From a virus, in IMG/VR virus record IMGVR_UViG_3300043438_001827, positions 1 to 64,000 of that record: a stretch of 64,000 nucleotides of DNA; one strand, written 5' to 3'. This document shows positions 9,267-18,630 of the stretch, in pieces. The translations under genes and the position numbers were made by a program. A model generated the notes under the pieces. It was not told the DNA's origin, ran no database searches, and saw only the letters and a program-made list of their open reading frames with translations. Position 1 is the first letter of the stretch. Each line of letters starts with the position of its first letter.

Positions 9267-9964
9267 TGACCAATATAACCCTTACTAGGACAACTCAAAA
9301 TCCTCCTGTTATAAAACAGTCTCGTTTAAAAAGAGATTGGATGGATGAAACCTACAATAAACACGCCTATAGATGTTTGCCACTTTCAGAAGCAAACGTA
9401 AATGGTTGGGAGATGCAGCTACAACAAGATGTAGTCGTAGAATGGGAAGGTGGCAACAATGTTCCTAAAGTCCTTAAGGGAGAATTTTTTGAAGGTAGAG
9501 CAATAGTTATACCTTCAATCATAGGAATTATGTCATTCGTAACAGGTTGGGCGGTTAATACAGAAGAGGGATATGATACTTTTGTTAGTGGTTCTCCAAA
9601 CTATTTTGTAGATGGGGCAAGTCCATTAACCGCATCAATTCCTAGTTCTTGGTGGCCAGACGAATTTAATATGAATTGGAAGATAACTAAGATTGGCAAA
9701 CCAGTTTTATTTGAGCAAGGAATGCCATTTGTTTTTTTTAATATTTATAAAAACGATCTACTAGAATCATGCGAGCTAAAAGTCGAGAATTTATGGGATA
9801 AGCCAGAACTGATGGCAAGTAGACAATCCTACGGAGACGCTAAAATGAAAAAAATACATGAGCAGCCGTGGACCTGGATGAATGGCATTAGAACAGGGTT
9901 AAATGAAAAAAATGAGCAAATAGGGCCTAGACATGACGGTCTACCTAAATTGCAAGAGCCATAG
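9266..9964 (+). CDS. DUF6065-like protein
   Basis: RDWMDET..KHAYRCLPLSEANVNGW N-terminal signature; FNMNWKIT...F..GMPF. Confidence 0.7.
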   Translation: MTNITLTRTTQNPPVIKQSRLKRDWMDETYNKHAYRCLPLSEANVNGWEMQLQQDVVVEWEGGNNVPKVLKGEFFEGRAIVIPSIIGIMSFVTGWAVNTEEGYDTFVSGSPNYFVDGASPLTASIPSSWWPDEFNMNWKITKIGKPVLFEQGMPFVFFNIYKNDLLESCELKVENLWDKPELMASRQSYGDAKMKKIHEQPWTWMNGIRTGLNEKNEQIGPRHDGLPKLQEP

Positions 9965-10032
9965 TTCTTTTAATCTGATATTTAAAGTGTTACTATATTC
10001 TTTGATCTATATACATGGTGATTCGAGGAAAA

Positions 10033-10272
10033 ATGAATTTTAACAGCATACCAAATAGTAAAAAATTACAAATTATAGCGGATATCAGGCCAGCTTATGA
10101 AGAGATTGTATATACAGCTTTAATATATATTGGCATCGATCCAGAGTCTTTTGATCCAAATAACTATTCAATTGAGACAGAAGACGCAACTGGTCTTTCA
10201 TACAAAACTAGTATGATTAAGGCCCTAGAGGTTTTAGATATGCTTGACAGCGAGATAGAAAAAAACAGTTAA
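10033..10272 (+). CDS. Small acidic helical hypothetical protein
   Basis: GAGG RBS before ATG 10033 (alternative start 10015). GIDPESFDP motif shared with the next gene. Confidence 0.55.
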   Translation: MNFNSIPNSKKLQIIADIRPAYEEIVYTALIYIGIDPESFDPNNYSIETEDATGLSYKTSMIKALEVLDMLDSEIEKNS

Positions 10273-10494
10273 ATGAAATTTACCATTAGCAATGAAAAAA
10301 GAGCAGAAGTTTTGCAGTCGGCAAAGCAAAGCTTAGAGTCAGCTTTATTGCTACGACTATCTGTAATGGGTGTTGATCCAGATACTTTTGATCCAGATAC
10401 TTTTGTCCCCAATGAGGACAGTACGATGGATAATGATATAAAAGTTATAATTGATAAAATTAAAGATTTAGATATAAAACTAGAGGCTTTATAA
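10273..10494 (+). CDS. Small acidic helical hypothetical protein (paralogue of upstream gene)
   Basis: GVDPDTFDPDTF, encoded by a 15-bp tandem duplication at 10375-10404. Confidence 0.55.
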   Translation: MKFTISNEKRAEVLQSAKQSLESALLLRLSVMGVDPDTFDPDTFVPNEDSTMDNDIKVIIDKIKDLDIKLEAL

Positions 10495-10508
10495 TTTTTG
10501 TTTAACTG

Positions 10509-10517
10509 TGGTATAAT
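10509..10517 (+). promoter_or_regulatory. Extended -10 promoter, leaderless geometry
   Basis: TGGTATAAT ends 6 nt before ATG 10524, with no SD sequence. Confidence 0.6.
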
Positions 10518-10523
10518 TCAAAA

Positions 10524-10820
10524 ATGGAAGAATATACAATAAGTTTGAACAAAGTCTTTGAATTTAATTATAATTCAGATTATCACGACTGCACAAAATT
10601 AAAAGCTAAAACAATAAATAGCATTCTTCCAAATGGTTATAAAGCAGTTATACTTTTTCCTATAAAAGTTAAAACAAATAGTGATATTATTTATCCAGTT
10701 GTTAGTAATAAATCAAAATGTACATTTAATTTTACTCCAAAAATTGTTGGAGATTGGAATATACAAATTATAGATAAAGAAGAGATTGTGAAACAAATTA
10801 TCTTAAAGGTATTAGACTGA
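10524..10820 (+). CDS. Hypothetical protein (possible Ig-like fold)
   Basis: FNFTPKIVGDWNIQI resembles an Ig/filamin strand motif. First gene of the AT-rich three-gene unit. Confidence 0.45.
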   Translation: MEEYTISLNKVFEFNYNSDYHDCTKLKAKTINSILPNGYKAVILFPIKVKTNSDIIYPVVSNKSKCTFNFTPKIVGDWNIQIIDKEEIVKQIILKVLD

Positions 10821-12190
10821 TGTTGTACCAGTTAAATTATATTGATTATATGTTTTACCTTAATAGATATAAGAAAAATGCCGGCGTCGGTAATCTTACT
10901 ATTTTAGAAAATAAAAACAATACTGATTTTAAAGTTTTAATTACTAAGAATATATTAAGAAACTTAGAGTCTACTATTATATTTACCCACACTATACAAG
11001 ATAGTTTAATGGATAATGACTATCCATATTTTGTAAAAAATAATGATTTCAATATAGAAGATCATATTTATGAACACAATAAAGACAATCCTTATGATAA
11101 AGATACTATCCAACAACTGGTAGACAATATAGTCTCTAAACCCATACCGCTTAATAAGCCAATGTGGGATATCCATATAATATATAATTACAATGAATAT
11201 AATAATGTTGGAGTATTTAGAAGAATACACCACGCTGCCTGTGACGGCGATGGAATGTCTCGATTCCATGATGCTATTTTCGATGAAGTAAACCTACCCA
11301 AAGAAAAAAATTGTTATAGCTTAAATAAGTTTAAATGCACTACAAATCGTAATATAAAAATATTAAAAAGTAAAATAATTAAATTAAAGTCTTTGTTATT
11401 TACTTCAAACAAATATTATATAGATAAACCTTTAAATAGGAAAGACCTACATCAAGGTTTGTGGAAATTAAAAATGTCAACAAATCAAAGCCTTATTCTA
11501 AAAAAAATAGACATTTCTAAATATCAAAATGTAATAAAAAAATTAGACATTTCAACCTTTGAGTTATCTATGTATTTAACTGCTAGTGTTTATAGGAAAT
11601 TGTTTAATACTACAGAAGATAATACTACAATCTTAACTGGAGTTCCATGTTCACTAAGAGGTAATAAAGATGGGCTATATGGGAATAAGGTAGCTTCTGC
11701 TAGGGTAAATCTTCATACAAATGAAATCAAAGACTCACAAATGCTTAATAAAATTAAGATTTCATTAAAAAATGAAATAGGTTTAACTAAAGATACTCCA
11801 TTTAACGGATATGTTAGAGCGGCATGCATTGAGCCAAGAATGAATAAAATGTTAGAAATATGGGATTTTGCCAATAAGACTACGTGGAGTAATAGAAAAA
11901 AAACACCAATTAAAATTGATAATTCAACATATACCTTAACCACTACTTCATTTAAGAAAATACAACTGCCAAATTTTACTATCAATAAAAATAAGATAAT
12001 TACAATGCACCCATATTCCATGGTAATATGCACTCCAGGATCTATAGGATGTTCTGCTACTTATAGACTGTATGATGATCAATTGCATATAAGCTTAATA
12101 TATATAAAGGAATTTTTCAAAGATCCACAATTATTAATGTCTTATTATGATGAGGCTTTAGAGGAACTTAAGGCTATTGCTAATGATTGA
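10820..12190 (+). CDS. Wax ester synthase/diacylglycerol acyltransferase (WS/DGAT)-like acyltransferase
   Basis: FNIEDHI, PIPLNKPMWDIHII, catalytic RIHHAACDG (HHxxxDG), VPCSLR..GN. 456 aa is typical of the family. Confidence 0.75.
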   Translation: MLYQLNYIDYMFYLNRYKKNAGVGNLTILENKNNTDFKVLITKNILRNLESTIIFTHTIQDSLMDNDYPYFVKNNDFNIEDHIYEHNKDNPYDKDTIQQLVDNIVSKPIPLNKPMWDIHIIYNYNEYNNVGVFRRIHHAACDGDGMSRFHDAIFDEVNLPKEKNCYSLNKFKCTTNRNIKILKSKIIKLKSLLFTSNKYYIDKPLNRKDLHQGLWKLKMSTNQSLILKKIDISKYQNVIKKLDISTFELSMYLTASVYRKLFNTTEDNTTILTGVPCSLRGNKDGLYGNKVASARVNLHTNEIKDSQMLNKIKISLKNEIGLTKDTPFNGYVRAACIEPRMNKMLEIWDFANKTTWSNRKKTPIKIDNSTYTLTTTSFKKIQLPNFTINKNKIITMHPYSMVICTPGSIGCSATYRLYDDQLHISLIYIKEFFKDPQLLMSYYDEALEELKAIAND

Positions 12191-13364
12191 TGTAGAAATA
12201 GGTAGTAGGGACTTTATTGAAAATCAGCATTATTATTTAGATCAGCTTAAAACTAACAGTCCAATTATTAAAACAAGATCAGGATATATATTAGTTACAA
12301 AATATGATGATATTTTTTTTGGTTTAAAGAATAATTCTTTTGCTAGACAAATAATTAAAGGTTCAGAATCTCACTATCACGCCTTGACTAACATGGATGG
12401 TAAAGACCATTCTATGTATCGCCAAATGTTAACCAGTACATTTTCTAATTCTTCTATTAAAAATATGGAAGAATTAATATTAAAAATAATTAATCAAGAA
12501 ATAAAAAATATAAAAAAAAACAAATCTAAAACAATAGATCTTATTAACGACATAGCTTTTAAAGTTCCTTTTTATACAACTTGTGAAATACTTGGTATTG
12601 AACCACCTGAAGACGAAGATCTAAAAAATATACAAAGATTATCAATTGATACTTTATATATTTTAAACTTAGAATTATCAAAAGAAGATTTTAGAAGATC
12701 ACTCAAAGCATCTGACGAACTACTGTATTATATTATCAATCTTACATTTGGAAATAGATATAAGAAAAAAAGTGGCTTAATAACGCATTTGCAAAATGCA
12801 GAGTATGAAGGAAAAAGAATAACAAATGAAGAAATATTATCATTTGTAATTTTACTTTTTGTTGCAGGGTTTGAAACTAATGTAAATTCAATTACTTCAT
12901 CTATATATAATATTTTAAATCAAAAAAAAGCTAAAGATAAAATCTTACAATTAGCCACATCCTCAAGCTCTTTAAGCGCAATATCAGATGAGTTAATTAG
13001 ACATTCATCTAGTGTAAATTTTGTCACCAGAAAAGCAATAAAGGATACCTACCTTGGAAAAGATAAATTTTTAGTAAAAGAGGGTGAGATAGTATTATTT
13101 CATTTGGGATCCGCTAATAGGGATTCGGAAATATTTTCAAATCCTCATGAAATTGATATAGATAGGTTTAATTCAAATAGGCATTTGGGTTTCGGTTCTG
13201 GTCCTCACTACTGCATAGGGGCAGGGCTGTCAAGAATTCAAGTTTCAAACGTAGTCGTAGAGACTATTAAGAATTTTGATAATTTAAAGATAATGAAAAA
13301 TCCAGTGATAAGTTCAAATTTCGGAATTGCTGGTTTTGAGCAGATATATGCTACTTATCAATAA
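12183..13364 (+). CDS. Cytochrome P450
   Basis: I-helix AGFETN, K-helix ELIR (ExxR), SANRD...F.NP, and heme-ligand motif HLGFGSGPHYCIG. Confidence 0.92.
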   Translation: MIDVEIGSRDFIENQHYYLDQLKTNSPIIKTRSGYILVTKYDDIFFGLKNNSFARQIIKGSESHYHALTNMDGKDHSMYRQMLTSTFSNSSIKNMEELILKIINQEIKNIKKNKSKTIDLINDIAFKVPFYTTCEILGIEPPEDEDLKNIQRLSIDTLYILNLELSKEDFRRSLKASDELLYYIINLTFGNRYKKKSGLITHLQNAEYEGKRITNEEILSFVILLFVAGFETNVNSITSSIYNILNQKKAKDKILQLATSSSSLSAISDELIRHSSSVNFVTRKAIKDTYLGKDKFLVKEGEIVLFHLGSANRDSEIFSNPHEIDIDRFNSNRHLGFGSGPHYCIGAGLSRIQVSNVVVETIKNFDNLKIMKNPVISSNFGIAGFEQIYATYQ

Positions 13365-13403
13365 TTCATATTACTATTTTAAATAAACACACAAGGGTAA
13401 CAA

Positions 13404-13604
13404 ATGGCTGAAAAAAATAATCTCGAAAAAAATAGAGACAATTTGATTAAACAAAAAGAACTATATCTTTATGAATTGGCTTTAAAATTAAACATAGATC
13501 TAGAAAATTATGACGAAAACAGTATAATAGACCCACTGGATCCTAAATATAATTTCCATGTAATCATAAGAAAAAATCTTAGTATTTTAAAAAATTTAAT
13601 ATAG
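13404..13604 (+). CDS. Small hypothetical protein
   Basis: 66 aa with AAGGGT RBS. LNIDLENYD loosely resembles the proteins at 10033 and 10273. Confidence 0.5.
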   Translation: MAEKNNLEKNRDNLIKQKELYLYELALKLNIDLENYDENSIIDPLDPKYNFHVIIRKNLSILKNLI

Positions 13605-13615
13605 GAAGTAAATAA

Positions 13616-13855
13616 ATGCCACAAGAAAATAATGAAGAAGAAGATCTACAGTTTCACCCGGATTACGCTTTAGACAACTTAATTGTTGAAAGAGTAGAGG
13701 AAGAAAGAGAAGTCCTGGTATTGGATTTACCAAATCAAAGATTTAAGATTAAGGGAATTACTCCTTTACATTGTAGTTTTTATGATGCAGACTATCGCAA
13801 AGATGGTATAATATACTCTTCATTTGCAGAAGAACAGGAAGACGATGAAATATAA
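13616..13855 (+). CDS. Small acidic hypothetical protein
   Basis: 79-aa ORF with AGGA RBS. Confidence 0.5.
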   Translation: MPQENNEEEDLQFHPDYALDNLIVERVEEEREVLVLDLPNQRFKIKGITPLHCSFYDADYRKDGIIYSSFAEEQEDDEI

Positions 13856-14120
13856 TCAAAACGATCATAAGCAGTTTGTTTATAATAATTTAGTTTCCAT
13901 ATTGGAGTCTGTTGGGATGGACGCTACTAACGTTGATGATATTACTTTTACGGATATAAGAAGAGCGATAAATGATGTTTATCCTCCTATCGCAACAAAT
14001 CAAAGCACTATACTTCCAGCAGAAAATTTAATTATTAGAAAAAGAAAACAACTAGTCAACAACGCTAGATATACCTTGTATGCTTATAAGACAATAGTAA
14101 AGAGAGAGCAAAATGGTTAG
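13845..14120 (+). CDS. Hypothetical protein
   Basis: ATG 13845 after AGGA, overlapping both neighbours in operon fashion. Confidence 0.5.
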   Translation: MKYNQNDHKQFVYNNLVSILESVGMDATNVDDITFTDIRRAINDVYPPIATNQSTILPAENLIIRKRKQLVNNARYTLYAYKTIVKREQNG

Positions 14121-14904
14121 TTCTAATAATCTAAACGCAATGTCAGTATCTATCATAGCTAATGATATGAGTAAGACAATTTTTAAGAGCACTTATGAAG
14201 ATAACATATCAGAATACTGCAAGCAGGTTTTGGATTATGAAGTCGAATCTTTAGAATTGAGCAGAACTAGAAGAGATATTGGAATATATCCAAGTGATTT
14301 GCACTCTTACGAGATAATTAGTATGGCAAAAGATCCAGCAAAGTTTGAAATGATTATCGAGGGAAGATCATTTCCTGTAGAAGTTAATACCTTCCTAGTA
14401 GGCCAATTAGAGATGGCAATTAAATTAGCCAAGCCAAGTTCTATAGTTTTTATGTCTTGCAACTTCTTTGCCCTGCCACTGGACTATTTAGAGTCTTTAA
14501 ACATAGAAAATGTATATATACCAAATGACGAAAATGTATATAGAGCAGAAAATATTTACTTAAACAGAGAATGCAACCTTAATGTCTTAAATCCGGCAGA
14601 TTTGCAAAACGGTATTTTTCCTAGTAACGTAGATATGTTTGTAGCAAATGCTACGCATATATCCATGGGTATTAATCCAAACATAATACAGGAAATGTAT
14701 GATCACTTACCGGTCAATGGTGTTCTGTATATAATTAACTCAAATGACTTTATGGCCTACTACGACAATGTTGTAGATATATCCATAGCTAGTGTTGAAG
14801 GTCACCCCATGTATGATGTGAATACTGCTATAGCAGCATTGGACAACGCTTTGGTATACCACATCCCAACTGGAGCAGGTTTTACCGTTATAATCAAAGG
14901 TTAG
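14113..14904 (+). CDS. Divergent class I SAM-dependent methyltransferase-like protein
   Basis: KLAKPSSIVF, VDMFVANA, MYDHLPVNGVLYI and terminal YHIPTGAGFTVIIK match the O-methyltransferase fold pattern, but the GxGxG motif is absent. Confidence 0.4.
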   Translation: MVSSNNLNAMSVSIIANDMSKTIFKSTYEDNISEYCKQVLDYEVESLELSRTRRDIGIYPSDLHSYEIISMAKDPAKFEMIIEGRSFPVEVNTFLVGQLEMAIKLAKPSSIVFMSCNFFALPLDYLESLNIENVYIPNDENVYRAENIYLNRECNLNVLNPADLQNGIFPSNVDMFVANATHISMGINPNIIQEMYDHLPVNGVLYIINSNDFMAYYDNVVDISIASVEGHPMYDVNTAIAALDNALVYHIPTGAGFTVIIKG

Positions 14905-14905
14905 T

Positions 14906-15505
14906 ATGTCTAATATACAGATAGTAGACGCATCCCCTACATATGAAGACGCATGCATATTTTCTGCTGTATGGTCAAACGTATGGCCTCAAATAGCAAA
15001 GGATGCCGGATATACCACAGAGCAGATAGTTAATAGGCTAAAGCATAGAGACATAGAATGGTGGATTAAAGCAATCAGCCACATGCCGGTAGCTTTTTAT
15101 GCTAAGAATGACGTTGGAAACACTGGTATATTTTATTTAATGCACGATGTTGATTTTCTATTAATAGATAATAAAGAATTGTCAGAGAATCAAAAAGATA
15201 AGACAAATACAATACCTGCAATCTATATGTTTTGCGAAAATTCTACTTGGGGAACAAATCTAACTAGAGAAATGACAAAGAACTACTCAATTAAGAGTCT
15301 AGAAGCTGGTTATGAAAAATCTGGTGGTTGGATATTAAAATCAAATAAAAGATCTATTTCTACTGTAAGTAAATTTCAAAAAGGCGGATACTGGATAAAG
15401 CAGAATGATAGCTTAAGTCCCATCTGGGATCAAGAAATACTTTTTGAATATTGGACATTTGATAATCAAAAGTACTCAGAAAGATTTACACAAAACGAAT
15501 TGTGA
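14906..15505 (+). CDS. GNAT-like N-acetyltransferase (divergent)
   Basis: AIYMFCENSTWGTNLTREM...AGYEKSGGWILKSNKRS resembles GNAT motifs A and B. Confidence 0.45.
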   Translation: MSNIQIVDASPTYEDACIFSAVWSNVWPQIAKDAGYTTEQIVNRLKHRDIEWWIKAISHMPVAFYAKNDVGNTGIFYLMHDVDFLLIDNKELSENQKDKTNTIPAIYMFCENSTWGTNLTREMTKNYSIKSLEAGYEKSGGWILKSNKRSISTVSKFQKGGYWIKQNDSLSPIWDQEILFEYWTFDNQKYSERFTQNEL

Positions 15506-15511
15506 TAGAAT
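15503..15511 (+). promoter_or_regulatory. Extended -10 promoter, leaderless geometry
   Basis: TGATAGAAT ends 6 nt before ATG 15518, with no SD sequence. Confidence 0.5.
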
Positions 15512-15517
15512 ATAACT

Positions 15518-16192
15518 ATGTTGGTAATAGATAACTATATAAAAGACAAAGATCTCCTAGGTCAAATAAGGGCAGACAAAACCTTTTTCCCAGAATCAAT
15601 GGGTTCCGATGAAAGAATAGCAGACCAACTTAATAGTTATCATTACGAAAAATCTTCTTGCTACGCACCATATATGTTTTGGGATGGGTGGTGGAGATCT
15701 GAGGCAGATACTTTAAAGAAAAAAGTAGTTCAAAAAATATGGGAAAATAATTTAGATTATCCTGTTGAAGATATTCTTGGAATAGAATATTGGACTAGAA
15801 CTTTTGAACCAGGTCAATATTTAGATCATCACGTAGATGAAGACACTTTTCTTTACGAAAAAGAAAAAGTATTTACTGGACCAATTTGTGGATCTGTTTA
15901 TTATTTTGGGGATAATCTAGAAGGTGGTTTTCTTGAGATACATAACAAGTCAATAAAAGAAAAAACACAAAATGCTCTAGAACGAGATAATATAGAACAA
16001 TATATAGTTAATATTGAAGAAAGAGAAAGAATAGCCTACAAAGACAATAGGTTAATCATCTTTGATTCTGGTCATATTATCCATAACGCAACAGCAGCAA
16101 AATCTGGAGTTAGACAAGTTATGGTCACTAATGTTTGGCATAAAGATAATCCTCCATTGGCATTAGAATTGGGGACCTTCTACTATGAGTGA
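15518..16192 (+). CDS. 2OG-Fe(II) oxygenase superfamily protein
   Basis: EYWTR..LDHHVDED...GGFLE...NRLIIFD..IHN....SGVR. Confidence 0.75.
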   Translation: MLVIDNYIKDKDLLGQIRADKTFFPESMGSDERIADQLNSYHYEKSSCYAPYMFWDGWWRSEADTLKKKVVQKIWENNLDYPVEDILGIEYWTRTFEPGQYLDHHVDEDTFLYEKEKVFTGPICGSVYYFGDNLEGGFLEIHNKSIKEKTQNALERDNIEQYIVNIEERERIAYKDNRLIIFDSGHIIHNATAAKSGVRQVMVTNVWHKDNPPLALELGTFYYE

Positions 16193-16811
16193 TTGTCAAG
16201 TAATTAATTTATTTACATTAAACGTGTATAAAAGTGTTATCAAGAATATAGATCATGAAAAAATTTACAATGAAATAAAAAACAATTCTGAACACATTGA
16301 AGAAAAGTTTATTAATGATTATTTAAAAACTAATAATCATACATATTATGAAGACAAGAAATTTCCAAATAATTTACCAGAGTGCACTAAGTTAAAATCT
16401 ATTTTACTAGATAGTGTTAACTCTATTTTGGGCAAAGAAATGAAGCTAGACACAATCTGGACTTTGACCCTTAAAAAGGGAGAGTCTGTTTCTTATCATA
16501 ATCATAAATCTAATACTCATATGTTTCCTTCTGAGTATTATTCAATAGCATATTATCCCAATGCCCCAGAAGACAGTGCAAAGTTGCTCTTTAATACAAC
16601 TGCTTGCAATGTAGTTGAAAATATAACAAGCATTACTCCAAATACTGGTGACTTAATATTATTCAATTCCTTCATTCCCCATATGACTACTAGGCATATG
16701 TCGGAAGAACCTAGAGTAGTAGTTAGTGCTAACTTTTCTCCAGTCAATCCAAATACTACCGTTGTTCCAGATTGGTCTCCCTATTGGGATAAGGAAGCTA
16801 TAAATGAGTAA
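16185..16811 (+). CDS. Putative 2OG-Fe(II) oxygenase (HxH type)
   Basis: W..TLKKGE.V.YHNH...SIAYY...P.TGDLILFNSFIPH.T...R.VVSANF. Confidence 0.75.
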   Translation: MSDCQVINLFTLNVYKSVIKNIDHEKIYNEIKNNSEHIEEKFINDYLKTNNHTYYEDKKFPNNLPECTKLKSILLDSVNSILGKEMKLDTIWTLTLKKGESVSYHNHKSNTHMFPSEYYSIAYYPNAPEDSAKLLFNTTACNVVENITSITPNTGDLILFNSFIPHMTTRHMSEEPRVVVSANFSPVNPNTTVVPDWSPYWDKEAINE

Positions 16812-17739
16812 ACCAATATTTTCAGTTCCTGAAGAAAGCATACACCTAGGTATGGGAATAGTCCTTTTTAAGGGCGTAATTAATATGGATGAGCATAAAG
16901 ACATCATACCGTACTTATCTTCTTTAAAAGATAAAGCTACCGAAGAAGATTTCCATTATATAAAAGACGAAAATGGCGAAGTGCTATATGCTATTAACAG
17001 AAGTGGTCATAGATATTCTTTAGAAGATGTTAGAAGAGCATGTGCCCATATTGTAAATTTTGCAAATGGAGATGTAGAAAAAAAATATGTAGACTTTTTT
17101 GAAATGTGTGAAGAAGTTCTTTATCAGTGTTTAATAAGATATGTAGAAAGATATCCGATGATGCTCCCATGCTTATGGTGGAGAACACAGGGCCACGTAG
17201 TGGCATATGGACCAGGCAGTGATTTTGGATTACATTGCGATAATGACATCAACTATCAACCAGGAGCAGAACCAGATCAACAATTGGCAATAAGAAATGT
17301 TGTTGGCGGCCTAATATACTTTAATACCTCAGTTGAATCTAATCCATCGTATGAAAATAATGAATTTACTGGAGGCAATATAAGCTTCCCCTATGCAGAA
17401 GTGGAATACTCCCCATGTGCAGGCGACGTAATAATGTTTCCATCAAACTATTTGGCGACACACGAGGTTAAACCGTGTATAGAGGGAAGCAGATATGCGT
17501 ACGTAGGATATTTTGCTCAGGGTTCAAACCATGTTGAAAGAGGAATCAACGTTAGGAATAAAGATGAAAACACCAAAATAGAAGGTGGACAATTGTGGAT
17601 TCCTAATTTATTTAATGATTATATTAATTATATAGAAGAAAAATATGATCCAGATATAGATGGAGCAAAAATACACAAGCTATTATTCTCTACAAAAAGA
17701 TACCTCACCAGTAAGGGTACAACAGGAGAATTGTCATGA
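16804..17739 (+). CDS. 2OG-Fe(II) oxygenase, prolyl 4-hydroxylase-like
   Basis: HCD...FTGGNI.F...GDVIMFPSNY..THEV.P...GSRY. Confidence 0.8.
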   Translation: MSKPIFSVPEESIHLGMGIVLFKGVINMDEHKDIIPYLSSLKDKATEEDFHYIKDENGEVLYAINRSGHRYSLEDVRRACAHIVNFANGDVEKKYVDFFEMCEEVLYQCLIRYVERYPMMLPCLWWRTQGHVVAYGPGSDFGLHCDNDINYQPGAEPDQQLAIRNVVGGLIYFNTSVESNPSYENNEFTGGNISFPYAEVEYSPCAGDVIMFPSNYLATHEVKPCIEGSRYAYVGYFAQGSNHVERGINVRNKDENTKIEGGQLWIPNLFNDYINYIEEKYDPDIDGAKIHKLLFSTKRYLTSKGTTGELS

Positions 17740-18623
17740 TATTAAATTATAAAGATGTAGAACCCATACACCTTGGTGGTGGCGTAGTCGTTTTTGAAAA
17801 TGCAATAGATTTAGATTGGGATCACGTCTTCGATCTATCTAAAAAATTTGTCGATGAAGAATGGTCTAAAATGTACTCTCCAGCTGTTGACCCAGAATCT
17901 GGAAAAGATGTATATGTTAATAAAAGCGGGTATCTTTACTCAAAAGAAGACACGGACAAAATGCCCAAACGCGCTGCTATGATACATGCATCCGATGATA
18001 AACAGGTAGCAGAATTATTTAATTTCATAGAAGGATCTAGGGATAAATATCTATTAAAATATATGGAAATATTTCCATTAGTATACAAATGTATATGGTG
18101 GAAGATAAAAGGACATATAACCTGTTATGGACCTAGTGCTTTTATAGGTGAACATTCCGATATTAGCACAGATTACACATATGGATATGAACATCCTATC
18201 AACCAACTAGCTTCTAGAAACGTAGTTACCGTTTTAGTATACATGAATGACTGCGTTGATTCAGAAGATAAATTGAATGGAAAAAACTTTACAGAAGGTC
18301 ATCATTACTTTAACTATTTGGATATAAATTACATACCTAAAAAAGGTGATATAATAATGTTTCCATCTAATTACATGGCGGCTCACGAGGTTAAACCAAT
18401 TGGTAAAGGTGTAAGGTATGCTTACCTAGGTTGGTATTGTCAGGGGACGCCGAATGAAAAAGTAGCAGAATTTGTTGCTGACCCAATAGAACAACCTGAG
18501 CTTTCAAAAAAAGCCACCAATGTCTATATGCCAGAAATGCCAAACGAATATAGAAAATATTTAAAATCTAAAGGTTATGAAGAAAATTCTTTTGCCTATA
18601 GACTAACTACTAACAATTTTTGA
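17736..18623 (+). CDS. 2OG-Fe(II) oxygenase, prolyl 4-hydroxylase-like
   Basis: HSD...PKKGDIIMFPSNYMAAHEVKP...GVRY. Close paralogue of both neighbours. Confidence 0.8.
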   Translation: MILNYKDVEPIHLGGGVVVFENAIDLDWDHVFDLSKKFVDEEWSKMYSPAVDPESGKDVYVNKSGYLYSKEDTDKMPKRAAMIHASDDKQVAELFNFIEGSRDKYLLKYMEIFPLVYKCIWWKIKGHITCYGPSAFIGEHSDISTDYTYGYEHPINQLASRNVVTVLVYMNDCVDSEDKLNGKNFTEGHHYFNYLDINYIPKKGDIIMFPSNYMAAHEVKPIGKGVRYAYLGWYCQGTPNEKVAEFVADPIEQPELSKKATNVYMPEMPNEYRKYLKSKGYEENSFAYRLTTNNF

Positions 18624-18630
18624 GGTTTAC

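Noticed and set aside
10820-12190. NRPS condensation domain
   Set aside because: HHxxxDG is shared, but the surrounding motifs fit WS/DGAT and no adenylation or carrier domain is nearby.
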